A stretch of 42,147 nucleotides of DNA from a virus. Each line of letters begins with the position of its first letter. The stretch's first letter is position 1. Below the pieces are notes generated by a model that saw only the letters and a list, made by a program, of their open reading frames with translations, had not been told where the DNA came from and ran no database searches. The DNA is taken from the IMG/VR virus record IMGVR_UViG_3300026270_000002. One strand, written 5' to 3'. Of the stretch, positions 21,209-32,300 are shown one piece after another. A program made the translations under genes and the position numbers.

Positions 21209-22228
21209 ATGGCTACACTATCAACCTCAAATTTAACACTAGCGGATTGGGCAAAAAGAACTGACCCAGACGGTAGAGTTCCAATTGTTGCAGAATTATT
21301 ATCACAAAGCAACGAAATACTAGATGATTGCGTGTTCAAGGAAGGTAATTTACCTACTGGAGAACGTGTAGTTATTAGAACAGGTCTACCCGGTGTTTAC
21401 TGGAGAGCACTTAACCAAGGTATTCCATCAACTAAGTCAACAACAGCACAGATTGACGAAGCTTGTGGAATTCTAGAAGCTCGTTCTGAAGTGGACAAAG
21501 ACTTGGCAATGTTAAATGGTAACACTGCACAGTTCCGTTTATCTGAAGACACTGCGTTCTTGGAAGCAATGAACCAGACTCAAGCAGAAACAATGTTCTA
21601 CGGTAATCCCGGAACAGATCCTAAGAAGTTTTTAGGATTAGCACCAAGATATGGTGACTTATCTGCTGACAACGCTGTCAACATTCTTGATGCAGGTGGA
21701 TCAGGTTCTGATAACGCTTCTGTATATCTAGTTGTTTGGGGTGACAATACTGTTTATTGTCCTTTTCCTAAAGGATCAAAAGCAGGTTTAACTCACGAAG
21801 ATCTAGGTGAGCAAACTGTTTACAACAGTGACGGTACAAGACTACAAGCTTTTGCTACTCGTTATCAGTGGAAAAACGGTTTGGTCGTTAAAGATTGGAG
21901 ATACGTTGTTCGTATTTGCAACATCGACATTTCTGACCTCCTTGGTAGTACTGGTACACAAACAGCAGCAGCTTCAACTAACTTAGTTAAATTGATGGCT
22001 AGAGCATTGTACAGAATACCAAACATGGCAATGGGAAGAGCAGCGTTCTATATGAATAGAACTGTTCACTCAGGCATGGCTATCGCAGCACTTGATAAAT
22101 CACAAAACGTATTAAACATACAAGAAGGTTTATCACAGTTTGGATCAGCACAAAACTACTTATCATTCCTTGGAGTACCTCTAAGAAGAGTAGATGCGTT
22201 GATTAACAGCGAAGCTCGTGTAGTTTAA
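21209..22228 (+). CDS. Major capsid protein (HK97 fold, BPP-1 Bbp17-like lineage)
   Basis: LTLADWAKRTDPDGRVPIVAELLSQSNEILDDCVFKEGNLPTGERV..LNGNTAQFRLSE is the typical N-terminal region of this MCP family. Size is 339 aa. Confidence 0.9.
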   Translation: MATLSTSNLTLADWAKRTDPDGRVPIVAELLSQSNEILDDCVFKEGNLPTGERVVIRTGLPGVYWRALNQGIPSTKSTTAQIDEACGILEARSEVDKDLAMLNGNTAQFRLSEDTAFLEAMNQTQAETMFYGNPGTDPKKFLGLAPRYGDLSADNAVNILDAGGSGSDNASVYLVVWGDNTVYCPFPKGSKAGLTHEDLGEQTVYNSDGTRLQAFATRYQWKNGLVVKDWRYVVRICNIDISDLLGSTGTQTAAASTNLVKLMARALYRIPNMAMGRAAFYMNRTVHSGMAIAALDKSQNVLNIQEGLSQFGSAQNYLSFLGVPLRRVDALINSEARVV

Positions 22229-22255
22229 TTTGTTTATTATTAAAGGAGATCTAAA

Positions 22256-22687
22256 ATGATTACAGATAGTCTGCTCAGAGTGAGCGAAGATCAAGCGGTA
22301 ACAACAACTGCTGTATCTACAAACACTGTTGATTTAAGTGTTGCAAGAGACATGGGTGAAGGTAAAACTTTGTACATGAATTTTGCACTTACTGAAGCAT
22401 TTGCTAACGGTACTAGCGTAACTTTTGAAGTTATTACTAGTGCTAGTGCAAACTTAGGTACACCAACTGTTATTGGTAGCAGTACAACATTAGCTACAGC
22501 AGCACTTACATTAGGTAAAAACATTGTTGTTACTTTAAATCCAGACATCGCTGGCAAGGGTCAGAGATATCTAGGTGCTAGATACACTGTTGTTGGTACT
22601 ATGAATGCAGGTAAAGTTACTGCTGATATAGTAGAGACAATTGGTGATGGTCAAAAGTACTATGCTTCTGGCTTTACCGTAGTTTAA
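22256..22687 (+). CDS. Bbp16-like capsid cement/decoration protein
   Basis: MITDSLLRVSEDQAVTTTAVSTNTVDLSVARDMGEG...RYLGARYTV...YASGFTVV. The pattern and position immediately after the MCP fit the family. Confidence 0.75.
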   Translation: MITDSLLRVSEDQAVTTTAVSTNTVDLSVARDMGEGKTLYMNFALTEAFANGTSVTFEVITSASANLGTPTVIGSSTTLATAALTLGKNIVVTLNPDIAGKGQRYLGARYTVVGTMNAGKVTADIVETIGDGQKYYASGFTVV

Positions 22688-22699
22688 TAAGGAAAATTT

Positions 22700-23011
22700 A
22701 TGCCTATTTACAAAGCTAAAATCAAGTGTTTTGTCGGTCAATCTATGCGAGAAGCTGACGAAGAGTTTGAATACAACGGAGAGTTCAATAGTAATATTGA
22801 ATTAGTTGGTGGAACTGAATCTGATCTGCCTGTGCCGTCTAACACACCAACCGTAGTGTCAGAGGATGTTCAGCCAACTACTCAATCCATTGATTATTTA
22901 TCAATGACTAAAGCAGAACTTGAAGTTTATGGTCGTTCTATTGGTGTAGAGCTTGATAGAAGACAAACTAAAGAAACTCTTATTAGTCAACTTGAAGCAG
23001 CAAATAAATAG
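22700..23011 (+). CDS. Hypothetical head-module protein with a C-terminal SAP/Rho-N-like helix-extension-helix
   Basis: The C-terminus reads LSMTKAELEVYGRSIGVELDRRQTKETLISQLEAA. Confidence 0.5.
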   Translation: MPIYKAKIKCFVGQSMREADEEFEYNGEFNSNIELVGGTESDLPVPSNTPTVVSEDVQPTTQSIDYLSMTKAELEVYGRSIGVELDRRQTKETLISQLEAANK

Positions 23012-23036
23012 GCATTTACAACCTTATTTATTTACC

Positions 23037-23073
23037 GGGGGGCTAGTAGTAATACTGCTAACCTCCTCTTTTT
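23037..23073 (+). terminator. Strong rho-independent terminator after the capsid genes
   Basis: GGGGGGCTAGTAG-taata-CTGCTAACCTCCTC forms a long stem with G-U pairs and one mismatch, followed by TTTTTA. Confidence 0.7.
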
Positions 23074-23085
23074 ATAGGAGATAAC

Positions 23086-23754
23086 ATGGCAACTGAAGTA
23101 GATATTTGCAACCTTGCCCTAGCACATTTGGGTGATGATGCAACAATAGCTTCGCTAAATCCACCAGAAGGATCTGCACAGGCGGAAAAAGCTGCACGTT
23201 TTTATCCGATTGCAAGAAACAGTTTGTTAGAAATGCATACATGGAATTTTGCATCAAAGCGTGGAAATATTGCATTAACAACTAATACTCTTGATCAGTG
23301 GGATTATGCATATGTAGCCCCTGCGGACATGATGAGTCCTGTTGCAATCATATCTCCTACAGCACAAAACGATTACGCTACAAGAATGTCAGCCGGTGAT
23401 ACCCCCGGAGGTATAACATCCAACTATGCACCTACTATTGTGGCAGGGCAATATACACCACAACAATTTTCATTAGAAGGCGATTTAATATATACCAATC
23501 AAGAAAACGCAATGTTAAGATATCAAGCATTTGTAACTGATCCATCATTATTTTCACCTTTATTTGTAGTTACATTGTCATGGCATTTAGCATCTATGTT
23601 GGCTGGTCCTGTAATTAAAGGAGATCAAGGTGCGGCAGAAGCAAAACGTAGTTCACAAATGATGGTTAATTATTTGAATAGTGCAAAACAATCAGATAAT
23701 TTACATAGAGATATTACAGTTGAGCATATAGTTCCTTGGACATCTGGGAGGTAA
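23086..23754 (+). CDS. Head-tail adaptor / tail tubular protein A (T7 gp11-like)
   Basis: ICNLALAHLGDDATIASL....AEKAARFYPIARNSLLEMHTWNFA is the typical N-terminal pattern. It precedes the gp12-like nozzle gene. Confidence 0.7.
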   Translation: MATEVDICNLALAHLGDDATIASLNPPEGSAQAEKAARFYPIARNSLLEMHTWNFASKRGNIALTTNTLDQWDYAYVAPADMMSPVAIISPTAQNDYATRMSAGDTPGGITSNYAPTIVAGQYTPQQFSLEGDLIYTNQENAMLRYQAFVTDPSLFSPLFVVTLSWHLASMLAGPVIKGDQGAAEAKRSSQMMVNYLNSAKQSDNLHRDITVEHIVPWTSGR

Positions 23755-23757
23755 CTT

Positions 23758-26226
23758 ATGCCAGTAACTCGTAATTTTAAACAAGCATTTTCTGGAGGAG
23801 AAATATCACCAGAAATGTTTGGACGTATTGCTGATAATAAATTCCAACAAGGTGCAGCAACAATGCGTAATTTTATTGCTAAACCCCAAGGACCTGCTCA
23901 AAACAGACCCGGCTTTGCATTTGTTAGAGAAGTAAAAAATAGTTCAAAATCTACAAGATTATTGTCTTTTACATTTAATACAACTCAAACTATGATACTT
24001 GAGTTTGGTGATCAGTATTTTAGGTTTCATACACAAGGACAAACTTTATTTTATAACAATGGTTCAGCATGGAATAGTAATGGAACTTATTCAGTAGGTG
24101 AAATAGTTATACATAACAATATAAATTATTACGCTAAAACTACAAACCAAAACAGCCAACCACCTAATGCTACAAATTGGTATCCAATGCCAACAAATCC
24201 CAACATATACGAAATACCACATCCATATTTAGAAGCAGAATTGTTTGATGTTAATTATGTGCAATCTGCTGACGTTATAACATTAGTGCATCCTAACCAT
24301 GCACCTAGAGAATTAAGAAGACTTAGTGCAACACAATGGGAATTGCGTGTAATTGATTTTAATAGTCCATTAACTGCTCCTACAAACGTAGCAGTATCTA
24401 TGTATATACCATCATCTACTTCTACAAACACAGATACTTATGTTTCACACGAATATGTTGTTACGGCTGTTAAATCTAATTTAGTAGATGAAAGTAACCA
24501 ATCAACTGCGGCATCTGTAAATAATAATATTTTTGTTTCTGGAGCAAAAAATACTATTACATGGAACGCAGTTTCTGGTGCTAGTAGATATAGAGTTTAC
24601 AAACAACAAGGTGGTATATATGGATTTCTTGGTGAAACTACTGCAACAACACTTGTAGATGATAATATTGCTCCTGATTTTTCTAGAACACCACCAATTC
24701 ATGAAAATGATTTTGTAGGCTCTGGTAATTATCCCGGTGCTGTATCTTATTTTGAACAACGCAGAGTGTTTGCAGGTACAAATAATGCACCACAAAATAT
24801 ATGGATGACGAAATCAGGTACTGAAAGTAATATGTCTTTTGGATTGCCAATACGAGATGATGATCGCATTGAGTTTAGAGTAGCTGCACGTGAAGCTAAT
24901 ACTATTAGACATATTGTTCCATTAACAAACTTACTTATGCTTACTGGATCAGCAGAATGGAGAGTAACTTCTGTTAATAGTGATGCAATAACACCTACAT
25001 CTATATCAGTAAAACCACAATCTTATGTTGGTGCAAACAATGCACAACCAGTAATAGTTAATAATAGCTTGGTATATGCTGCTGCTCGTGGCGGTCATAT
25101 AAGAGAACTAGGTTATAACTGGCAAGCAAATGGTTTTATTACAGGTGATTTATCTCTTCGTGCTCCGCATTTATTTGATAATTTCACAATTGTAGATATG
25201 GCTTTATCAAAATCACCTATACCTATTGTATGGCAAGTAAGTAGTAGTGGAAAATTATTAGGTCTTACATATGTTCCAGAGCAACAAATAGGAGCATGGC
25301 ATCAACATGACACAGATGGAACTTTTGAAAGTGTAGCTTGCGTGTCTGAAGGAAACGATGACGTTACATATTGCATTGTAAAAAGATTTATAGATGGTGC
25401 TTTTGTTAGATATGTAGAACGCATGGGTACAAGATTATATGCAACTCAACGTGATAACTTTTTTGTAGATGCAGGTGCAACTTACAATGGTACAAATACA
25501 AACACAGGTCAAACCGTAACTATATCTGGTGGTACAAATTATACTAAAGGAGAAAGCGTTACAATAACTGCTAACTATAATTTATTTAACGCACCACCTA
25601 GTACTGATGATGTAGGTGATGCAATTGTATTGGTTGATGGTGCAAATTATTATCGTTGCAATATTACTGCTACAACAAGTCAAACAGTAGCTACAGTAAA
25701 ACTTGATCGGGATTTGCCTGTAAATTTACGCAATACAGCAATAACTACATATGAAGTTGCAAGAAATGTAATATCAGGTATTACTTTTTTAGAAGGTAAA
25801 AAATTAAACATATTAGCGGACGGTGCTGTACATCCACAAAGAACAGTTGTTAATGGCTCTATTACATTAGAACGTGCGTCTAGTATCGTACATCTTGGAT
25901 TACCTATAGAAGCTGATTTGCAAACTTTACCAATGGCATTACAAGTAGAAGCATTTGGACAAGGTAGAGTCAAAAATTTAAATCATGTATGGTTACGAGT
26001 ATTAGAATCTTCTGGTATTTTTGCAGGTCCTAGTGCAGATAAATTAGTAGAAGCAAAACAACGTACAACAGAACCATATGGAACGCCGCCAAATTTAAAA
26101 ACGCAAGACATAAAGATTATGCTTACACCACAATGGCAAGACAACGGCCAATTGTTTGTACGTCAAACTGACCCATTACCATTAACTATTGTAGGTTTAA
26201 CACTAGAAGTAGCTATGGGTGGATAG
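23758..26226 (+). CDS. Tail tubular protein B / nozzle (T7 gp12-like)
   Basis: The N-terminus FSGGEISPEMFGRIADNKFQQGAATMRNFIAKPQGPAQNRPGF, the 822-aa size and the gene order all fit. Confidence 0.8.
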   Translation: MPVTRNFKQAFSGGEISPEMFGRIADNKFQQGAATMRNFIAKPQGPAQNRPGFAFVREVKNSSKSTRLLSFTFNTTQTMILEFGDQYFRFHTQGQTLFYNNGSAWNSNGTYSVGEIVIHNNINYYAKTTNQNSQPPNATNWYPMPTNPNIYEIPHPYLEAELFDVNYVQSADVITLVHPNHAPRELRRLSATQWELRVIDFNSPLTAPTNVAVSMYIPSSTSTNTDTYVSHEYVVTAVKSNLVDESNQSTAASVNNNIFVSGAKNTITWNAVSGASRYRVYKQQGGIYGFLGETTATTLVDDNIAPDFSRTPPIHENDFVGSGNYPGAVSYFEQRRVFAGTNNAPQNIWMTKSGTESNMSFGLPIRDDDRIEFRVAAREANTIRHIVPLTNLLMLTGSAEWRVTSVNSDAITPTSISVKPQSYVGANNAQPVIVNNSLVYAAARGGHIRELGYNWQANGFITGDLSLRAPHLFDNFTIVDMALSKSPIPIVWQVSSSGKLLGLTYVPEQQIGAWHQHDTDGTFESVACVSEGNDDVTYCIVKRFIDGAFVRYVERMGTRLYATQRDNFFVDAGATYNGTNTNTGQTVTISGGTNYTKGESVTITANYNLFNAPPSTDDVGDAIVLVDGANYYRCNITATTSQTVATVKLDRDLPVNLRNTAITTYEVARNVISGITFLEGKKLNILADGAVHPQRTVVNGSITLERASSIVHLGLPIEADLQTLPMALQVEAFGQGRVKNLNHVWLRVLESSGIFAGPSADKLVEAKQRTTEPYGTPPNLKTQDIKIMLTPQWQDNGQLFVRQTDPLPLTIVGLTLEVAMGG

Positions 26227-26256
26227 TGTGACCGTAAAAAGATATTATGTAGATAT
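26226..26256 (+). promoter_or_regulatory. GTGTGACCGTAA motif, copy 3, plus TAGATAT box (candidate late promoter)
   Basis: The exact 12-mer at 26226-26237 overlaps the nozzle stop codon. TAGATAT starts 24 nt after the motif start. The next ATG is at 26293. Confidence 0.55.
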
Positions 26257-26292
26257 ACTAAAAAATAAAGAAGCGTTGAGGTAAGCACAACA

Positions 26293-26874
26293 ATGGCTCA
26301 AGTAGGTTGGAGTGGCTTAAGTAATTTAGGTAAAGCAGGGATAATTACACAGGGTTTTGGTGCGGTAAGTGGTGCTGTTGGTTCTTTTTACGCAGCAAGT
26401 GCAGAAAAATATAAAACAAAAAGTTTAGCTTTAAGTTTGCAGCATAAAAAAGATATGGCTCTTTTTAATATGCGTCAAAAAGAAAGTCAAGCACAGCATA
26501 TAAATCGTGCTTATAACAAACGATTTCAAATAATGAGTTTGAAGCAAGGAGCAGCAAAGTCTAAAAACATAGTATCAATAGCTTCTAGAGGTGGTGTAAG
26601 AGGTGTTGGTAGTAATTTAAATGCAATGGTTAGTAATGACATATTGGCAGAGATAGATAAATTAACGATGAATTCTAATAAAGTGCGAGCAGTACAAAAC
26701 AAACGATTAGAAGGTGTAGGTCTTGGAATACAAGGAGATATGTATGGAATGAGTGCAAGTAATATGTTTGCTACAGCGTCTTCTATTAGTCCGTTTATGA
26801 ATATGAGCAGTAGTTTGTTAACAGGTGCAGGTAATGTTCTTAGCAGCTTACCAGAAGGAATGTTAAGAGCATAA
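26293..26874 (+). CDS. Internal virion protein A (gp14-position)
   Basis: Assigned by position after the nozzle gene, Gly/Ala/Ser-rich hydrophobic ends and a helical middle. Assignment is by synteny only. Confidence 0.5.
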   Translation: MAQVGWSGLSNLGKAGIITQGFGAVSGAVGSFYAASAEKYKTKSLALSLQHKKDMALFNMRQKESQAQHINRAYNKRFQIMSLKQGAAKSKNIVSIASRGGVRGVGSNLNAMVSNDILAEIDKLTMNSNKVRAVQNKRLEGVGLGIQGDMYGMSASNMFATASSISPFMNMSSSLLTGAGNVLSSLPEGMLRA

Positions 26875-26876
26875 TT

Positions 26877-29303
26877 ATGGCAAAAGTTCCTTTTCAAAAT
26901 TACAAATTAGGAGAACAAGTAGAAACAGGTTCTGAAGTGCAATTTGGTGCTACTAGTGTAGAACCACAAAAAGATGTAGTTTCTGATGACATAAAACGTA
27001 TGTCACAAGCTCAAATAGCTTTTGGAAAAACGTTAAATCGAATAGATGATCAGCTTAATGATTCTGAAGCTAAACGTTTGTATAACGAAGCTCATTATGA
27101 AGTTGAAGCTGTTGTAAACGAATATGGACAATTACAAGGTTACGATGCAGTAAAACCATTAACAACAGAAGGAGAGGGAGAAGATCAGGTATATACCTTA
27201 GATGAATATAACAACAATAAATTAAAAAAAGTTCTTGATACTGGTTCAGATAAAGCTAGTAATGGCGTTGTTAAATATATGTATGAACAAATGATGTCAT
27301 CGTCTATAAAATCTGCACAAAATAAGATGATTAATCATTCCTTAACACAAGGACGTATAGCATTAGAAAACGAAACAAATGCGAGTATTGACATACATAA
27401 AACTAAAGCAAAAAATAATTATAAAGATTTTAGAGATCCAGAGGGTGAATTTAATAAAAATCGTATAGCGGCACATAGATTATTAGAACAAAAAGCAGTT
27501 TTAAAAGGTTGGAATCTTGACCCTAATGCCGTTGATGCTAACGGTAAAAAAATTGGAATAAGTGAACAATATTTAAAAGAAAAAAGTGAGCTTGATAAGG
27601 AAATAGCAAAAGATGTATTAGATAAATTAGATGAAGACAAAGATACAGAAGGCATTAAAGATTTTTTGGCAAGCTTGAAGCCTTTTACATCTGATAAAAC
27701 TTTTAATGAATTAGCGTCAGACAAAGAACAAAAACACGAGAATTTTAAAGGTGAGAACTGTGTTAATGCCACTCTTGCTAATACTGGTAATCAAAACGAT
27801 GGTGAATTTTTAAGTCAAATTAATAAAACAATGTGTTTAAAATCAAACCATGCGTATGAAGATGGAAACGGAGGAGTTGTCACAGATGGATTACATTCAA
27901 ATGAAAACGAAACATCAGGTACAACAACAACAGAAAATATAGAAACATTACAAAAAATAAGAGATACGTCTAAATTTTATTCACCTGAATCTTCACAAGC
28001 AGGTACTCTTATACCAGAACATCAAACTACGCACTTGTTTGCAATACAGCATATAGGAGTAGAAAAAGCTGATTCATTGTACACAAAAGCAAAATCAGAC
28101 ATAGAGATTGATAAAGCAAAATACAAAGAAGATCCTGTATATGCTGAAAAAATAAATAAAAAAATTATACAAAGATACAATCAATTAATTGTTCAAGAAG
28201 CAGCAAAAAAATATAAATTTGGTGGTGGAGAATATGTAAGCATTATAGAAAACGATTTAGCAATTATAGAAAAAGGTATTGATTACAATTATAAAAATAC
28301 TAACGAAGAAGTTAAGGTAGATTTTGTTACAGGTTTGCGTCCTATAGAAGATTTAAAACGTGAAATTAAAGAAACTATTACAGATAAAGAAACACAAAAA
28401 CACGCAATAAAAGATTTAGAAGTTAAATACGAAAAAATCGCAAATCAAAAAACACAAATTTATAATGAAAATTTAAACGCTGCAAAAAAAATAGCATTTG
28501 CAGAGCCAAACGGATACAAGAATCTTGCAGCTAATGGAATACAAATAGATAGTTTTAGTCCAAAAGATCAAGAGATTTTAAAAAATGGACAGCCAGTAGA
28601 TTCTGATCAAGGAACGATAGCTAAATTAAAAGATAATCCAGAAGAAGTCGTTAATAATTTAGAGTCATACAGCCATAAAATTTCTAAATCTGATTATCTA
28701 GAATTAGAAAGATACGCTAAAGAATTGCAAGGAGGAGGAGAATCAAAAATTTTTGAAGTAACTACTGATAACAAAATGTTTAAAAGTGTTTTATATAAAA
28801 ATGGTTTTGGAGATTTAGCTTTTCCAGAAGAAGAATTAAAAGGCGATGATGCAGCTATATATAATGAACTTGAAGATGCATGGAGAGATAGAATAAATTA
28901 TGCACAAAGGGTAGAAGGCAGAAAATTAACTAGAGCAGAAAAAGAACAATTATTAGTAAATGTATTATTAGACAAAGTAAATGTAGGCAAGAAATATAAA
29001 AAACAGGTTACTTTTGCAACTGTTCTTGAGACAGGTGAAAAGGATAAGTTAGATAAAACATCTGTCCTTGTCAAAGTAAAACGTGCTGATGGAACTGAAA
29101 CAGAAGATCGGATATTTAATTCAGAGATTCCACCAGATATAAATATTGCAATAATGGCTGCGTTGTATAAACGTAAAAAACCTATGAATCAACAACAAAT
29201 TGCACAACTATGGCAAAACATGGGTAGGCCAGAAACGTTAGAAGAAGCGGATAAATTTATTAAAGCAAGTAAAAACTATGAATTATTAACTATGGAGGAA
29301 TAA
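26877..29303 (+). CDS. Internal virion protein B (gp15-position), Lys/Glu-rich helical
   Basis: An 808-aa ORF between the 193-aa and giant genes. Assignment is by synteny only. Confidence 0.5.
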   Translation: MAKVPFQNYKLGEQVETGSEVQFGATSVEPQKDVVSDDIKRMSQAQIAFGKTLNRIDDQLNDSEAKRLYNEAHYEVEAVVNEYGQLQGYDAVKPLTTEGEGEDQVYTLDEYNNNKLKKVLDTGSDKASNGVVKYMYEQMMSSSIKSAQNKMINHSLTQGRIALENETNASIDIHKTKAKNNYKDFRDPEGEFNKNRIAAHRLLEQKAVLKGWNLDPNAVDANGKKIGISEQYLKEKSELDKEIAKDVLDKLDEDKDTEGIKDFLASLKPFTSDKTFNELASDKEQKHENFKGENCVNATLANTGNQNDGEFLSQINKTMCLKSNHAYEDGNGGVVTDGLHSNENETSGTTTTENIETLQKIRDTSKFYSPESSQAGTLIPEHQTTHLFAIQHIGVEKADSLYTKAKSDIEIDKAKYKEDPVYAEKINKKIIQRYNQLIVQEAAKKYKFGGGEYVSIIENDLAIIEKGIDYNYKNTNEEVKVDFVTGLRPIEDLKREIKETITDKETQKHAIKDLEVKYEKIANQKTQIYNENLNAAKKIAFAEPNGYKNLAANGIQIDSFSPKDQEILKNGQPVDSDQGTIAKLKDNPEEVVNNLESYSHKISKSDYLELERYAKELQGGGESKIFEVTTDNKMFKSVLYKNGFGDLAFPEEELKGDDAAIYNELEDAWRDRINYAQRVEGRKLTRAEKEQLLVNVLLDKVNVGKKYKKQVTFATVLETGEKDKLDKTSVLVKVKRADGTETEDRIFNSEIPPDINIAIMAALYKRKKPMNQQQIAQLWQNMGRPETLEEADKFIKASKNYELLTMEE

Positions 29304-29304
29304 T

Positions 29305-32300
29305 ATGAGTTCATCAAATCCTTTTGATAATGTTGGAAACGATCAATTTTTAGGTGAAAGCTACGGATCTAATCAAAATAATTATGTAGATGACAATCCG
29401 TTTGATACTTATTTTAAAGTACAAGACAAACAAAAAGAAGAAGTACTAAAACAAGTTCTTAGTCTTGCACAAAAAAAAGATCCAAACAGAATTGGAAAAG
29501 CACAGATATTAGCTGAAGAATTAGGCATACCACCTGACATGGCACTAGATAATGAAGGTGTATTAGAAATATTAGAGGAAAGAAAAAAACAACAAGAAAT
29601 ACAAAATCTTAATGCACGAGATTTAGCATTAGTAAATCCATTGTTGGCAAAACAATTGCGTGATCCTAACTTTGCAGCAATAGCATATGACAATATTCCC
29701 AGACTACAAAAAACTGAAGGTTTATTTCCCGGTTTTAAAAAGTTAGCACAAAACTATTACGAAGGTGATGCAAGGGGAACTATCGCAAGAGAAATGGGAG
29801 ACATTGGAGATCGTTTAAAAACAAACGGTGTACCGTTTTTAGATACAAAAAGAGGATTTGAAGAAGGATATGTGCCCACTCAACAAGATTTAGATGACTT
29901 AGAAGCATTAAGAGTAATGGAAGAAAGATTAAGAGAATACGACAATAATGGTATTGGTCTTCTTGAAGGTTTCGCATATATGCCGGGTTTATTGCGTGGT
30001 GGTCAAATTGAAGCAATCACAGCAGGTTTAGTAACAGCCAAGGGAACAGATGTTGCAACAAAAGCACTTACTTCAACTTTTTTCTCTCAATTATTTGGTA
30101 ATGATGGCGGTGGCAATTTTATGGGCTACGGAGTTGGTTACGCAATTGGTCAGGTAGTTTCACCATTTATAAGTCTCTTTACTGGTATGAATGCTTATAC
30201 CAACAAAATGACTTTAGACATGAAACAAATAGCATCTGGTCATCAATATATGGAAGCAAGAAGTAGAGGTATAAGTGTAGAAAGAGCACAAGTATTAGCA
30301 GAAATAACTGGATGGAGTGAAGCTGCTATTGAAAGAGTAGGAATAGAATATTTTTCTCGTGTTTTAAAAAAAAGTGCACCGGGTTACTTAAAACTTATTG
30401 ACCCATTAACTAGTCCATTAATGAAAAAATCTGGATTAGATAAAGCAATAAACAGAGTATTTGCAAAAAATGTTTTAAGTAACGGTGGACGCAAACTTAC
30501 ATATAAAGCAGCATTATTTAGAGGTGCAACACAATATATGTCTAACGTAGGAGTAGAACTTACTACAGAATTATTACAAGAATTAAATGCAATTGCAGGT
30601 ATAAATTTATTTGCTGAATTTGAAGATGGAGTAACTCCAATTAGTGCAGTAGAAATAGGAGACAGAATTTATAACACAATGGATATGACTTTTAGAAGTA
30701 TGGTTTTATTTGGTTTATTGCCGTCAATAGGTAGTTTTGCAACTGATTTTACAGCGGCGAGCAAAGCAAAAAAAGATACCGCAATATTATCTAAGTTAAG
30801 TCAAATATCTAAAGATGACGTAACAAAAAAAAGAAATAAAACTGCATGGCAAAACTGGGTACAACAATTAGCCGATCAAAATAATGCAGACACAATACAT
30901 ATAAATGCACAGGAATTCAAACAACAATTAGATAACAATGCTATTACAGAACAGCAATTAGAATTGTTTTCACCAGAACTTGCTAATCAATTAAAAAATG
31001 CAGAAAAACAAGGTTTATCAGGAACAACTATACAAATAAAAACTGGTGATTATTTAGCAAATATTTCTGGTACAAAATTTGATGAGTCATTAAAACCACA
31101 TATAAAATTTGGTAGTGACCAAATGAGTTTGACAGAAGCTAATCAATTTTTTAAAGACCAGCCAGAAATATTAAAAGCAATGAAAGAAGAAGTTAGTAAA
31201 CAAAAAGACCAATTATTACAAGATCAAGAAGAATCAAGACAAATAGAATTACAAATTACAAACCAATTAAAGAATTTAAATATTTACAAACCACATAATG
31301 CCCGGTTTTTATCACGACTAATAGGAAATTTTGCAAAAACATATTCTCAATACACAAATCAAACACCTTCACAATTTATAAACGATCATTTTTATAACAT
31401 TCAATTAGACACTAAAAGTAAAAATTTTGGTCAACAATATTTTAATCAAGACGGAACAATAAAAACAGATTCGCCATTATTTAAAAACTGGTTTCGTAAA
31501 TCGAAAATGGTTAATAAAGATGGTACACCAATGGTTTTTTACCACGGAACTACAGACAATATAAGACAGTTTGATTTAGAACACCCAAACAGATTAGACA
31601 CAGGGTATTTAGGCAAAGGCATATACGTTACTCCTAACAAAGGATTGGCAAAGATTTATGCTGACATTAAAAAAAGTAGATTTAGAAAAAAAACAGAAGA
31701 TAAAAAAATATTAGAATTGTATGTACGTCTAGAAAATCCAAAAACAGTAAATGTAAATAGTGGGATTAAATCACAAAATAAAGATGGTGGTAAAGCAGCG
31801 GCAAATGCATACAAAGATAAATTAATTAACGAAGGACATGATGGTGTCATTATGGTTAATAATTCTGGAGAAATAGTAGAGGTAGCTGTTTTTGATGCAA
31901 ATGCTGTTAAGTCTGTAGACAATAGTGGTAACTGGTCTAACGAAATAAATGACATATATAAACAACAAGTTACAGAATCCTTTGAACAAAAAGCAACACA
32001 AAAACAAGGCAAGCCAGTATCAGAAGAAGTATTTCAATTAGCAAGAATTTTAGAAAATTTTGATTTTGCAAAGAGTAAACCTTTTGCAACTAATCGTGAT
32101 TTTAAATTAGAAATACAAGGTCGTATACAAGCTGCTGCTAAAAAAGCAGGTGTAAATTTAGCAGATTTTAGTGTAGAAACAGAAAAATATCTTGTAAGAA
32201 CTTTATTGGAAGACGCACGATTTGCTTTGACAGAAAATGCAAATGCTGTTGGTTGGTATGACGAAAAAGTATCTAAAGCAGTACGAATACTTTCTCTTGT

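Noticed and set aside
19172-22557. Antisense ORFs within the portal, scaffold and cement genes (19172-19648, 19667-19915, 20060-20278, 20639-20956, 22291-22557)
   Set aside because: Each lies inside, or opposite, well-supported plus-strand genes or the small Lys-rich ORFs. The translations are Cys/Ser/Leu-rich nonsense typical of antisense frames.
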